Shown in pieces: positions 1 through 9,293 of a stretch of 64,000 nucleotides of DNA. A program made the position numbers and the translations under genes. The stretch comes from Desulfobacula sp. GTDB lineage: Bacteria; Desulfobacterota; Desulfobacteria; Desulfobacterales; Desulfobacteraceae. The stretch covers positions 75 to 64,074 of the forward strand of contig VMSR01000302.1 of the NCBI GenBank assembly GCA_013792075.1. The letters run 5' to 3'. Numbering within the stretch: position 1 is the stretch's first letter; the number at the start of each line of letters is the position of its first letter. The notes beneath the pieces were generated by a model that was not told the DNA's origin, ran no database searches, and saw only the letters and a program-made list of their open reading frames with translations.

Positions 1-2036
1 ATTTCTGAAGCTCCGTTTTTCCCGTCGACTTTCCACCGGGTCTGTTCAAGCACTTGAACAATATGGTCGCGCTCAACCGTTTCCATGGTTTTCCGGTTTG
101 TATTGAATTTTGTTGACGTTTTCTTGAGTTCATCAGCCAGGCGCAGCTTGGGGCCGGACGAGTGGATCACGGCCCGTTCCAGAACGTTTTCCAGTTCCCT
201 GATATTTCCAGGCCAGTTATAATTTTGCAAATCAGTCATTACACTATCCGAAATGATTTCAATGGTCTTGCCCATCCGCCTGGAAAGCTTTTTGACGTAA
301 AAATCCACAAGAAGCGGCAGGTCCTCTATGCGATCCCTGAGGGGAGGCACTGTAATCGGAAAAATGTTTAACCGATACCATAGATCTTCACGGAAACGGC
401 CCTTGCGGACTTCCTCCTCAAGATTACGGTTGGTGGCGGAGATAATGCGAACGTCAACTTTAATGGTTTTGGAGCTGCCCAACCGTTCAAATTCACCATC
501 CTGAATCACCCTGAGAAGCTTGGCCTGAAGGTCAAGGGGAAGTTCTCCAATCTCATCTAAAAACAAAGTCGCTCCATCTGCCACCTCAAAACGACCCAGT
601 CGTCTGGCAGTCGCACCAGTGAAGGCCCCTTTTTCATGGCCGAACAACTCACTTTCGACCAGAGTTAAAGGCAGCGTGGCACAATTCATCTTCACCAAAG
701 CCCGATTTTTGCGAGATCCGCTAGCATGAATGGCCCGGGCGATTAATTCTTTACCGGTTCCGGTCTCACCAAGAATAATTACAGCTGTATCTGTGGGGGA
801 GATTTGCTCAACCTTATAGAGTGTGTGTTTGAGTTCATTACTGTTGCCGATAATATTTTCATAGTTGTATTCTTGTTTGATTTCCTCCTGAAGATACGCC
901 TTTTCAGTTTCAAGAAGATTTTTTAAACTTTTTATTTCAATTACGGCATCGTGAAGGCTTTGAACTGCCGCTTTGCGCTCGGTGATGTCTTGAAGCGATC
1001 CGGCCATACGTATGGCGTTTCCCTTGTCATCCCAGATCGCCTGGCCGCGTGCCAGAAACCATCGATAGCCACCTGACTTCGTTTTCAGCCGGTATTCGAT
1101 GTTATACGGAATGTGTTCCTTAAGGTGGCTTTGCTCAGCGGCCCAGACATCATCAGCATCCTCTGGGTGCAAACAGCTTCGAAAAGCATCAACCGTTCCA
1201 GGAAACTCCTTGGAAGTGTATCCCAGGATTTCTTTGAAACGGTCTGAGTAAAAAACGGTATTTGATTGGAGATCCCAGTCCCAGATGCCATCGGCTGTGC
1301 CTGAGATGACCACTGCATATCTTTCTGCAAGTTTATGGACCTTTGCCTCAGCCTGTTTTCGCTCTTTAATTTCCTGATTCAGTTCCCTGTTCCTGTCCGC
1401 CAATTGGGCGGTTCGCTCTTTAACCTGCCGCTCAAGACCTTCAAACGCTTTTTGCAATGCCTCTTCTGCCAACCTGAGTTCATTTATATCGGTTATTGTT
1501 GTTCGCATCTGCACATTGTCCCCATCATGGTTTTTCACTATAATGGTGTCAAGTTGAGCATGGAATTGGGTGAGGTCTTCTCTTACCAGTCTTAATTCGC
1601 AGACCTGTTTGGCATCTGATTCAAAAAGCGTTTTTCGATAAGAGTAGAAATCATCCTGATCCTCTTTGGCTATAAATCGAGAAAAGAATTTTCCAATTAA
1701 TGAACTTCTTTCTATTCCCAGCATGGAGGTACAGGAAAGGTTTGCCTCTATGATCATTCCCTTTTCATTCAGTGTCAAATAACCGACCGGTGAAAAATTA
1801 TATAAATGAACATAACGATCCCGCGTAACCTCAAGTTCACCTTGGATGCGGCGGAGTTCATTGTTCTGCATTTTTAACTCAATTTGATGGACCTGAAGCT
1901 CGTGGATGAGGCGCTTCATCTCTTCCTGAGAAAAATCGACAAGGGAGTCGTTTCCACCAAAGGGTGCTTCCAATGCCTCTTCGGCCCTTTGTCTGAGCTT
2001 GGAGATATCAGTTGCTTTTCTTTTTTCTGTGGACAT
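1..2036 (-). CDS. sigma-54-dependent transcriptional activator (bEBP) with coiled-coil and two PAS-like segments; C-terminal HTH runs off the window edge
   Basis: My own minus-strand translation starts at the ATG at 2036 (RBS AAAGGAGG upstream). It reads MSTEKRKATD...LIHELQVHQIELKMQNNELRR, then PAS-like blocks. The AAA+ core follows: GETGTGKELIARAIH, ESELFGHEKGAFTGA (GAFTGA sigma-54 contact motif), RVIQDGEFERLG. The ORF track misses it because there is no stop inside the window. Confidence 0.9.
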   Translation of the reverse strand, partial: MSTEKRKATDISKLRQRAEEALEAPFGGNDSLVDFSQEEMKRLIHELQVHQIELKMQNNELRRIQGELEVTRDRYVHLYNFSPVGYLTLNEKGMIIEANLSCTSMLGIERSSLIGKFFSRFIAKEDQDDFYSYRKTLFESDAKQVCELRLVREDLTQFHAQLDTIIVKNHDGDNVQMRTTITDINELRLAEEALQKAFEGLERQVKERTAQLADRNRELNQEIKERKQAEAKVHKLAERYAVVISGTADGIWDWDLQSNTVFYSDRFKEILGYTSKEFPGTVDAFRSCLHPEDADDVWAAEQSHLKEHIPYNIEYRLKTKSGGYRWFLARGQAIWDDKGNAIRMAGSLQDITERKAAVQSLHDAVIEIKSLKNLLETEKAYLQEEIKQEYNYENIIGNSNELKHTLYKVEQISPTDTAVIILGETGTGKELIARAIHASGSRKNRALVKMNCATLPLTLVESELFGHEKGAFTGATARRLGRFEVADGATLFLDEIGELPLDLQAKLLRVIQDGEFERLGSSKTIKVDVRIISATNRNLEEEVRKGRFREDLWYRLNIFPITVPPLRDRIEDLPLLVDFYVKKLSRRMGKTIEIISDSVMTDLQNYNWPGNIRELENVLERAVIHSSGPKLRLADELKKTSTKFNTNRKTMETVERDHIVQVLEQTRWKVDGKNGASE

Positions 2037-2268
2037 AATTGCCTCCTTTAATACTGCACTTACCAGCCGTAACAAAGAATTAATTTATTACATTTGCAAA
2101 ATAGCAAAGCAATACTTTATTTTTAGTTGCCATGCTTTCTGTTTCATTTAATTGTATTAGTATATATCGCTATAAAAAACTTTTGTCAAGAATAGATATT
2201 GCTATAGTGCATTTTTTATATTACTATGGTTTACTAAATTTAAGAATTGCATTATAAGGAGAGTCCCC

Positions 2269-2610
2269 TTGGAAAGTTTATCAAAAAAAATCAAAGAAAC
2301 TCGAAAAAAAAAGAAGCTCACATTAGAACGATTAGCAAAAGCTGTAGGCTCAAGCAAAAGCTACATGTGGCAAGTAGAAAATGCACATAAAAACAATCCA
2401 TCATTTGATATCGTAGTTAAAATTGCAAAAGTATTTGGTGTGCCTTTGGATTATTTTGCCAATCCGCATGACACCCAATTATCAACAGATGATAAAAATA
2501 ATTATTTTTTAAGCCGATTCAATGAATTGGATGACGATTCAAAAGAGCTGATAGAAAATCTGATTGAACATTTAATTAAAATCAACAAAAAGAACATTGA
2601 TCAACGATGA
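2269..2610 (+). CDS. XRE-family helix-turn-helix transcriptional regulator (orphan)
   Basis: 113-aa ORF with a TTG start 6 nt after AAGGAGAG. HTH block: LTLERLAKAVGSSKSYMWQVENAHKNNPSFDIVVKIAKVFGVPLDYF. Sits in a markedly AT-rich patch. Confidence 0.75.
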   Translation: MESLSKKIKETRKKKKLTLERLAKAVGSSKSYMWQVENAHKNNPSFDIVVKIAKVFGVPLDYFANPHDTQLSTDDKNNYFLSRFNELDDDSKELIENLIEHLIKINKKNIDQR

Positions 2611-2685
2611 AAAATGAATTGATATACAAAAAAGCAGTTGAGGTTTTCGAAGGGTCTCTTTTTTAGTTTCCATCATTCTCTTCCT

Positions 2686-5634
2686 CTATTCTTTGCTTAA
2701 CCATGCAAGATCCCGTTCCGTTGATGCAATTTCAACCGGCTGGCCTTTTTCATCCTTTAAAGCCGTTATGGTCACCCAGACATCCAAAATCTTTCCGGCA
2801 CTTGTCTTTCTTTGGGTTTTAAATGATATTACTATAATTTTCTTCTTTATTTTTTCAACAATTGATTTCAACTCGTCCTGTTTATCATCCGGGAGAAATT
2901 CTTCAAAGTTCATTTTTAGTGCCTCGGATTCAGTCCAGCCGTACATTTGCTGCGCTCCTTTGTTCCAGGCCAGAATATTTCCTTCCATATCCAGAATTGT
3001 AACGGCATCATTGGAGTCTGAAAGAACCGTTGCCAGCCTCTTGAATGTATCTGCCTGTTTGATTTTCTGCACATCAAAAAAGGTCATGACCACACCATCA
3101 ATTATATTTGAGGTTGTCCGGTATGGAATAATCTTTAATGAATACCAGATATTATCTTGTGATAGAATGTCCAATTCCACAGTATCAAGGTCTTTGAGGA
3201 CATTCTCGGCCATCCCGACAAGATCGACATCCGGAAAACAGGTTTTAAGATCATTGAGTGGTCTGCCGATATCGGTGTGAATCAATTTAATGACCCCGGC
3301 AGCAGCAGGCGTATAGCTTTTTATGTGCAGGTCAATATCGATAAATATTGTAGCGATTTTAGTAGCAGCCAATAAGTTGTTCATATCATCACTGGCCTTG
3401 GCGTATTCATCTACTTTGTTTTGAAGCTCTGAATTCACTGTGGCAAGTTCCTCATTTGTGGATTGCAGCTCCTCCTTGGAGGTCTCTAATTCTTCGTTGG
3501 TACTCTGCATTTCTTCGTTGACCGATTGCATCTCTTCATTGGTTGACTTGAGTTCCTCATTGGATGTTTCCAGTTCTTCAATGGTTGCCTGGAGATATTC
3601 CCGGGTGGATTGCAGTTCCTGCTCAAGACTTTTCAGGGCGGAATTCTGTCGTTTGGTTTTAACGGTTCCGGCTTTTTTTTCTTCTGATACATCTGCATTG
3701 GGTATATCCTCAAATGTAACGAGCATCAAACCCGAAGGCAGGTGTTTTCCTGTTAAAGGTCTAACCGATATATTGATAACACAAAAGGCACCATTATATC
3801 TGACCCTCACCCCTGAGCAGAATGTGCTCTTTTTTTCCCGCACCGATTTATGAATGGTTACCGAGAGTTTGTTTTTGAGATCTTCACGGGCCATGGCGAC
3901 CACATTAAACTCAGGTTTTCCGATGGGAGGGGTCAGGTATCTGTCTGTTTTACCCACAAAATGCAAAATTTCATATTTTCCATTGATCAGGACTCCGGCA
4001 GGGGCATATGCATCAAGAAGCGTTCTTTCAATCTCCGCCTGAATATCAACCTTGACGGGCAGGCCGTCTTTTTCAGCAGTGATGATATTTGTCTGAGCGA
4101 CATCATAAATTTTATCAAAATAATCCTTTTCTCTGCCCACAATCGATGTTTTGCGCTGAAATATCTTCCATTTGGAATTGAGCGGTTCGAAAAGATCCGT
4201 GTGTCCCCCGATACTCTCGGATGTGCCCAGGAACAAAATTCCGCCTTGGTTTAATGTATAATGAAACAGGGGGATAATTTTTTTTTGCAGAGCATTTTCC
4301 ATATAGATCATTAGGTTCCGGCAACTCACCATGTCCAGCTTGGAAAACGGCGGATCTTTAATAACGTTTTGATTTGAAAAAACGATCATTTCCCGGATCT
4401 GCTTTTTAACATGGAAACCATCGGTTTTTTTTGTAAAAAAATGATTCAATCGTTCTGATGGGATATCAACGCCTATATTCTCCGGATAGATTCCCTGGCG
4501 GGCAAAGGCTATGGCATCCAAATCAATATCCGTGGCAAAGATCTGGACGTTGAAATAGTTTTTGGCCTTGTCTTTTAATTCGGAAAGGATAATGGCAAGA
4601 GAATAGGCTTCTTCACCGGTTGAGCAAGCTGTCACCCAGATGCGGATCGTTGTATCAAGCCCTTTTTCTTTCAATAAATTCGGCAGCACTTCCTGCTCCA
4701 GTATTTTATAGGCTTCCGGATCTCTGAAAAAACTGGTTACCCCTATGACCAGGTCTTTAAAGAGCAGGTTTATTTCGGCAGGATCTTTCTGGAGGTATAG
4801 GACATAATCAGACAATGCTTTTATCTGGTGAACGGCCAGGCGGCGCTCAATTCGACGCCTAATGGTGGTTTGCTTGTAATGGGAAAAATCATGGCCGGTT
4901 GAGCTGCGAATCAGAGAAAAAATTTTCTGCATCTGGTTTTTAACGGAGGTGTCTGTGAGTGTGATCTGGCTCTGTAACTCAAGATATGGATGCTGCACAT
5001 ACCGGATTAGCGTCTCCGGCATCTTTTCAACCGGGAGGATAAAGTCGATCAGTCCGGTCTCAACAGCACTTTTAGGCATACCGTTGTATTTTGCAGTATC
5101 CGGCTGCTGGACCATTGCCATTCCGCCTTCACCTTTAATCGCTTTAATCCCCAGGGTCCCGTCCGATGCTGTTCCCGACAGGATGATACCAATGGCTTTT
5201 TCACCCTGGTCTTCTGACAGCGATCTGAAAAAAAAATCAACCGGCATATTAATGGTGCCGCTTTTTATCGGTTCCAGCAAATGAAGGCTGCGATTGAATA
5301 CGGCCACATTCTTGCCCGGGGGATTCAGGTAGACATGATTGGCCAAAAGTTTAGTGCCATCCTCAATCTCCCGGACAACCATGCGGGTCTGTTTTTCCAG
5401 CAGGGATGCCATTATGCTTTTATGGCTCGGACTTAAATGCTGGATAATCACAAATGCAATATTGCTGTCCGGCGGCATAATGGAAAAAAAAGCATTGAGG
5501 GTTTCTAATCCACCAGCTGAGGCACCGATACCGACGATGGGAAAGCTGATACTTTTTTTGAGCTGTTTTTCTGGTTCACCCGGTTTTAATTTTTTTTTAT
5601 CATTGGGTGACCCATTTTTCTTTTTTGCTGACAC
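2686..5634 (-). CDS. CheB methylesterase / CheR methyltransferase fusion protein with C-terminal PAS domains
   Basis: 982-aa ORF. CheB-like block: IVGIGASAGGLETL, FVIIQHLSPSH. CheR SAM-binding block: IWVTACSTGEEAYSLAIIL. A coiled coil carries tandem EEL/M-x-S-T-N heptads, followed by two PAS-like segments. Confidence 0.9.
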   Translation of the reverse strand: MSAKKKNGSPNDKKKLKPGEPEKQLKKSISFPIVGIGASAGGLETLNAFFSIMPPDSNIAFVIIQHLSPSHKSIMASLLEKQTRMVVREIEDGTKLLANHVYLNPPGKNVAVFNRSLHLLEPIKSGTINMPVDFFFRSLSEDQGEKAIGIILSGTASDGTLGIKAIKGEGGMAMVQQPDTAKYNGMPKSAVETGLIDFILPVEKMPETLIRYVQHPYLELQSQITLTDTSVKNQMQKIFSLIRSSTGHDFSHYKQTTIRRRIERRLAVHQIKALSDYVLYLQKDPAEINLLFKDLVIGVTSFFRDPEAYKILEQEVLPNLLKEKGLDTTIRIWVTACSTGEEAYSLAIILSELKDKAKNYFNVQIFATDIDLDAIAFARQGIYPENIGVDIPSERLNHFFTKKTDGFHVKKQIREMIVFSNQNVIKDPPFSKLDMVSCRNLMIYMENALQKKIIPLFHYTLNQGGILFLGTSESIGGHTDLFEPLNSKWKIFQRKTSIVGREKDYFDKIYDVAQTNIITAEKDGLPVKVDIQAEIERTLLDAYAPAGVLINGKYEILHFVGKTDRYLTPPIGKPEFNVVAMAREDLKNKLSVTIHKSVREKKSTFCSGVRVRYNGAFCVINISVRPLTGKHLPSGLMLVTFEDIPNADVSEEKKAGTVKTKRQNSALKSLEQELQSTREYLQATIEELETSNEELKSTNEEMQSVNEEMQSTNEELETSKEELQSTNEELATVNSELQNKVDEYAKASDDMNNLLAATKIATIFIDIDLHIKSYTPAAAGVIKLIHTDIGRPLNDLKTCFPDVDLVGMAENVLKDLDTVELDILSQDNIWYSLKIIPYRTTSNIIDGVVMTFFDVQKIKQADTFKRLATVLSDSNDAVTILDMEGNILAWNKGAQQMYGWTESEALKMNFEEFLPDDKQDELKSIVEKIKKKIIVISFKTQRKTSAGKILDVWVTITALKDEKGQPVEIASTERDLAWLSKE

Positions 5635-5781
5635 GATTGTTTCCTTAATCGTTATGATTCCAGGTAGGAATATGTTTTTTTTACAAGTTTTTTAAATTAA
5701 TTTTACAGCAGAACACATTCAAACGCAAAACAAATCATTCGCCAGATTGAAATTGAATTACTCGCGATTCTTTATCCTTTG

Positions 5782-6398
5782 TCATATATTACCTTTTCCA
5801 TGAGAGGTGGTCACCCTCACATCAACCCAGTGCTCTTTATGGTCATCACACAGAGGAATGGTATTGTCCTTTTGGACCTTGTCATCCACACGGATGGTCA
5901 TAGGCCCCTCGTTGCCGGGTTGTTGCAGAACCGATATGTGATAGACCGTTTCTCGATAGCGGTAGTGAAGTTTAAACCCGTCCCATTCCAAAGGAATACA
6001 TGGCGCCAGTCTCAGTTTATCCACCTCAAGGGTTAGCCCCAGAAGTGATTCAATGATGAGCCGATACATCCAGGCCGCAGAGCCGGTGTACCATGTCCAG
6101 CCGCCCCGGCCCATATGCGGGGCGACTGCATAGACATCTGCAGCCACCACATAGGGTTCCACTTTATAGGTATCAACCTCTGAAGCCGACCGGGCATGAT
6201 TTACAGGATTGATCAGGGTGAAAAGCTCCCAGGCCCGCTGCCTGTCCCCCAGGCGTGCAAAGGCCATGGCGGCCCAGATGGCGGCGTGTGTGTATTGCCC
6301 GCCGTTTTCCCGCACGCCCGGTACATATCCTTATCCAATACATCATGATCAAACCCAAAGACAACATCACTGATTCCATCAGGCTTTTTTCCAAAAAT
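5782..6398 (-). pseudogene. 5'-truncated, frameshifted remnant of a GH94-type glucan phosphorylase / cyclic beta-1,2-glucan synthase C-terminus
   Basis: Frame A reads (stop)GYVPGVRENGGQYTHAAIWAAMAFARLGD...GWTWYTGSAAWMYR, the conserved GH94 catalytic C-terminus. The upstream homologous piece, LIFGKKPDGISDVVFGFDHDVLDK, is in another frame (shift near 6322-6326). Nothing corresponding to the remaining N-terminal hundreds of residues exists before the next gene's stop at 6415. Confidence 0.6.
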
Positions 6399-6414
6399 AA
6401 GCGATACGGAAAAC

Positions 6415-7635
6415 CTATCTCGCCTTGCCGGCAGAAGGATTTTCATCCAACGCAATTCCTGCCAGGCGGTCGAGGTCTGCGTCCGTTACCGAGGGTAAAA
6501 AACGCTTTCGATAGAGTTCATCATGCACAATACTCACAATTGCAACCAGAGGAGCCGCCACCAGAACCCCCAGCACGCCAAAGGCTGCCACACACAAGAG
6601 CATGGAAAAGATCACCGCCAGCGGATGGAGTTTCATTGTGCGTGCCATGATAAATGGCAGGAGCACATTATTTTCCACTGCATTAACAGCAGCATAGGCA
6701 AATACGACCCACAGCGGGGCCATCCCCCCATTCCCCAAAGCGAGCAGGAGTGCGGGCAAGGCGCTGAAGATCGGACCCAGAAAGGGAATCGCTTCAAAAA
6801 ATCCTGCTATCAGCCCCAGGACCAATGCGTCCATGAAACCAAAGATCGGCCACATGAGCAGGAAAACCAGTAAGCCGATGATGATCATTCCCAATAGTGT
6901 TGCCCCGGCCCAGGCAGGAACGAATTTTCCAATGCGCTGCAGGATGATCACAGCCTTATTGTGATGTTCTTCCGGCAATAAGGAAAGCATTGCCCCAAAT
7001 ACAGGGCGGGGATTCATGAGCATAAAAACCACCCCGAAAAAGACCGTTATCAGAACGACCAGTATTTGAGCGCCGTTAAACGCCACGGCTGTGAAACTGC
7101 CGAGCAGATCCTGAACCATCTCGTTCAGACGGGACCGAAGAGAATTTGCGTCTTCAGAAGGGTGGGGCGGTGGTGACGTAGCGATTCGAGGGCTGGTTTC
7201 GGGCGTTCTCTCACTCCCATCCTCCCGGGCGATTTCCGTACTAACCTCAGCCTGAAGTTTTTTCTCGAATATGACGGCCTGTTGCTCCATTTTGATCAGG
7301 GGCTTTTGCAGATTTTCCCAGTAACCCGGTACCGCCGCCGAGATTTTTATGATCGAGGCCTTCATGGGACCGAAGGAAGACCAGCCCACCAAAGCAATAG
7401 CCGCTATCAATCCGGCCGCTACAAACCCTGTGGGTATTTTTCTCCCGCCTGTCATCGCCCGCATCCTGGAAATAACCGGATTAATTGCAAGAGAAATCAG
7501 CAGCACCAGCAGAAAAGATAACAGAATGGGAGAAAGCAGCGTGAATGTTTTAATAAAGGCAAATAGCGCCACTCCCATTATCACATAGAATGAAATTGAG
7601 TGTTGCGCTGGTTCTGCCTTGGGATTGTTCGGCAT
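6415..7635 (-). CDS. AI-2E (PerM/UPF0118) family transporter
   Basis: 406-aa polytopic membrane ORF. The C-terminal block GLIAGFFEAIPFLGPIFSALPALLLAL is typical of the family. Confidence 0.8.
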   Translation of the reverse strand: MPNNPKAEPAQHSISFYVIMGVALFAFIKTFTLLSPILLSFLLVLLISLAINPVISRMRAMTGGRKIPTGFVAAGLIAAIALVGWSSFGPMKASIIKISAAVPGYWENLQKPLIKMEQQAVIFEKKLQAEVSTEIAREDGSERTPETSPRIATSPPPHPSEDANSLRSRLNEMVQDLLGSFTAVAFNGAQILVVLITVFFGVVFMLMNPRPVFGAMLSLLPEEHHNKAVIILQRIGKFVPAWAGATLLGMIIIGLLVFLLMWPIFGFMDALVLGLIAGFFEAIPFLGPIFSALPALLLALGNGGMAPLWVVFAYAAVNAVENNVLLPFIMARTMKLHPLAVIFSMLLCVAAFGVLGVLVAAPLVAIVSIVHDELYRKRFLPSVTDADLDRLAGIALDENPSAGKAR

Positions 7636-7664
7636 GATATTTTCCTTTTGGGTGGTTCCCGTGT

Positions 7665-7823
7665 CTATATTCTGCCCAGCAGGACCAGGATCACAAGAAT
7701 CAATACGATCAGTCCGACTCCTCCGCTGGGTCCATACCCCCAGGATCGGCTATGCGGCCAGGCAGGGATTACACCCAACAACGCCAGTACCAGTATAATG
7801 AGTAAAATTGTGCCTATTCCCAT
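7665..7823 (-). CDS. DUF3309 family small membrane protein
   Basis: An internal ATG at 7823 is preceded by AAAGGAGGAATCATC. Product: MGIGTILLIILVLALLGVIPAWPHSRSWGYGPSGGVGLIVLILVILVLLGRI, matching the DUF3309 pattern (WPYSRxWGYxPSGG). Confidence 0.75.
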   Translation of the reverse strand: MGIGTILLIILVLALLGVIPAWPHSRSWGYGPSGGVGLIVLILVILVLLGRI

Positions 7824-7923
7824 GATGATTCCTCCTTTTTTTAAATATATGCCGGCTATAGATCCGTTGCCGTACAAAACACCCGACACCGGATCTACAG
7901 CCTGACGAAGTTCTGAATTCGAT

Positions 7924-8712
7924 CTACTCGACGACTATGTTGTTGTTAACCTTAGTTACGCCGTCAACATCACTCGTATATTTGCCGGCCAGATCCTTTT
8001 CAGCGGACGTCTTGGCGATACCTCCCAGTGTGACCACACCATTGTTTGTCTCAACTTTGGTGTTGATGGCACTGGTCGAGCGATGATAGAGCAATGAGGT
8101 TTTTACCAGGGCGGTAATAGACACATCGTCAATCGCTTCAACCACGGTATTCGTCTTGGCAGCCACCTTTTGGACACCTGATGTTGCCGCACCAGCCTCG
8201 GACACGGTCATTTCATTATTTACATTTTTAACGCCTTCTACATCCTTGGCGTATTCGGTCGTAAGGTCTTTTTGAGCAAGACTGGGGGCTTTACCGCGTA
8301 ACGTGATGGTACCCTTGTCGGCGAGAACTTCAGTTCCGGTCGTGCTGACGTGCCTGTGAAATAAAAGTGTGGTTTTTACTTTGGCAATGAGCCATGCGTC
8401 TGATTTTTCATCAGGCCGGTCACTTTTTTCTTCCAGCTTGTTGTCCACGCCTTTAACTCCGGGAAGGCCTGCAACGGTTTCCCCGGCCAATGATTTATGG
8501 GATGCCTCCCGAACCGTACCGGTCAAAGTGACAAGGCCGTCTTCTGACTTTATTTTAATATCATCGTTCTTGAGGTAGGTCTTGAATACATAGGTCTTTT
8601 GGGCTGATGCTTCGATACGGTCATCTGTATCAGAGGCAAACAGCGGGACGGTGATGAACAACATGGAGGCCATAGCGGCCACAACTGCTAAACAATACAA
8701 TGGTTTTTTCAT
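7924..8712 (-). CDS. periplasmic protein with three BON domains (OsmY-like)
   Basis: Signal peptide MKKPLYCLAVVAAMASMLFITVPLFA from the ATG at 8712. Three repeats of the BON pattern follow (..V.V..G.VTL.G.V.....K.....A..V.GV..V.N.L). Confidence 0.85.
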   Translation of the reverse strand: MKKPLYCLAVVAAMASMLFITVPLFASDTDDRIEASAQKTYVFKTYLKNDDIKIKSEDGLVTLTGTVREASHKSLAGETVAGLPGVKGVDNKLEEKSDRPDEKSDAWLIAKVKTTLLFHRHVSTTGTEVLADKGTITLRGKAPSLAQKDLTTEYAKDVEGVKNVNNEMTVSEAGAATSGVQKVAAKTNTVVEAIDDVSITALVKTSLLYHRSTSAINTKVETNNGVVTLGGIAKTSAEKDLAGKYTSDVDGVTKVNNNIVVE

Positions 8713-8801
8713 TTTACTTTTTTCCTGTCTTAGGTTGTTTTTAAATATCACGGGAAACGGAAAACTGCTTTCCTCGCCATTCACTCTCTATTTCAAACTA
8801 T

Positions 8802-8817
8802 TTCAATATTTGTGCCG
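8802..8817 (-). promoter_or_regulatory. sigma-54-type -24/-12 promoter-like element upstream of the BON/DUF3309/AI-2E genes
   Basis: The minus strand reads CGGCACAAATATTGAA, with GG and TTGA at the canonical GG-N10 spacing. The -12 has GA rather than GC. It lies about 90 nt upstream of the ATG at 8712. Confidence 0.5.
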
Positions 8818-8916
8818 GAGTCCTATCTGTCTTCATTATGTTTCTATTATATTGATTTTATTAGAAGAATTCATTTTAAAACAGTTTCAGACCCACTCCG
8901 TTCTTCAGATAAGAAA

Positions 8917-8947
8917 GGTCATATCCAAGCTTAGGTCGAATATGACC
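8917..8947. promoter_or_regulatory. candidate upstream activator sequence (UAS): GGTCATAT-N9-GGTCGAATATGACC
   Basis: Same 31-nt architecture as the sites at 11311-11341 and 35459-35489. It is 100-130 bp upstream of the -24/-12 element at 8802-8817. Confidence 0.5.
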
Positions 8948-9262
8948 TTATGAGGGGTGATCTATAATCTTTCGTATGGCCAGGGCATCTTCCGGGCTCG
9001 ACATGGCTTCAACCCGATAACCCAACTTCGCCATAATTTTAACTCCAGCTGTTTACACGCACGGATGTCACTGATCACGGTGCGGTATTGCGCTGATTTT
9101 GTGGTCTGATATTGAATGAAGGTGCTTTCCATCTTTCGCTCCCCTCAGTTCCTGCTGGGAGCGATGCAGTTCATCCTTCTGAAGTTCCAGCTTAATCTGG
9201 AATGTCCGGAGTTCATGAATTAATTTAATCGGGTCTTCAGTGGCCGAATGTGAAGTGACACC
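8948..9262 (-). pseudogene. degenerate fragments of a PAS-sensor / receiver-type signalling gene
   Basis: The minus strand at 9068-9262 reads ..ATEDPIKLIHELRTFQIKLELQKDELHRSQQELRGAK..*. This parallels LIHELQVHQIELKMQNNELRR at the N-terminus of the activator at 1-2036, but there is no in-frame start. The stretch at 8948-9034 reads MAKLGYRVEAMSSPEDALAIRKIIDHPS*, which is receiver-like. No intact ORF. Confidence 0.35.
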
Positions 9263-9293
9263 CTTTTTTTTGTTTCATTGATGTGGTTTTCCA

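Noticed and set aside
3440-3853. Periodic, Ser-rich 137-aa plus-strand ORF and apparent tandem repetition. Considered as a repeat array or CRISPR-like structure.
   Set aside because: The periodicity is the antisense image of the EEL-x-STN heptad coiled coil of the CheB-CheR protein. Units are 21 nt, imperfect and contiguous, with no spacers.
7836-7856. GGCATATATTTAAAA element upstream of the DUF3309 gene, considered as a sixth -24/-12 promoter.
   Set aside because: The -12 position lacks TTG/GC. The predicted start would fall on or after the RBS, so it is more likely co-transcribed with the BON gene.
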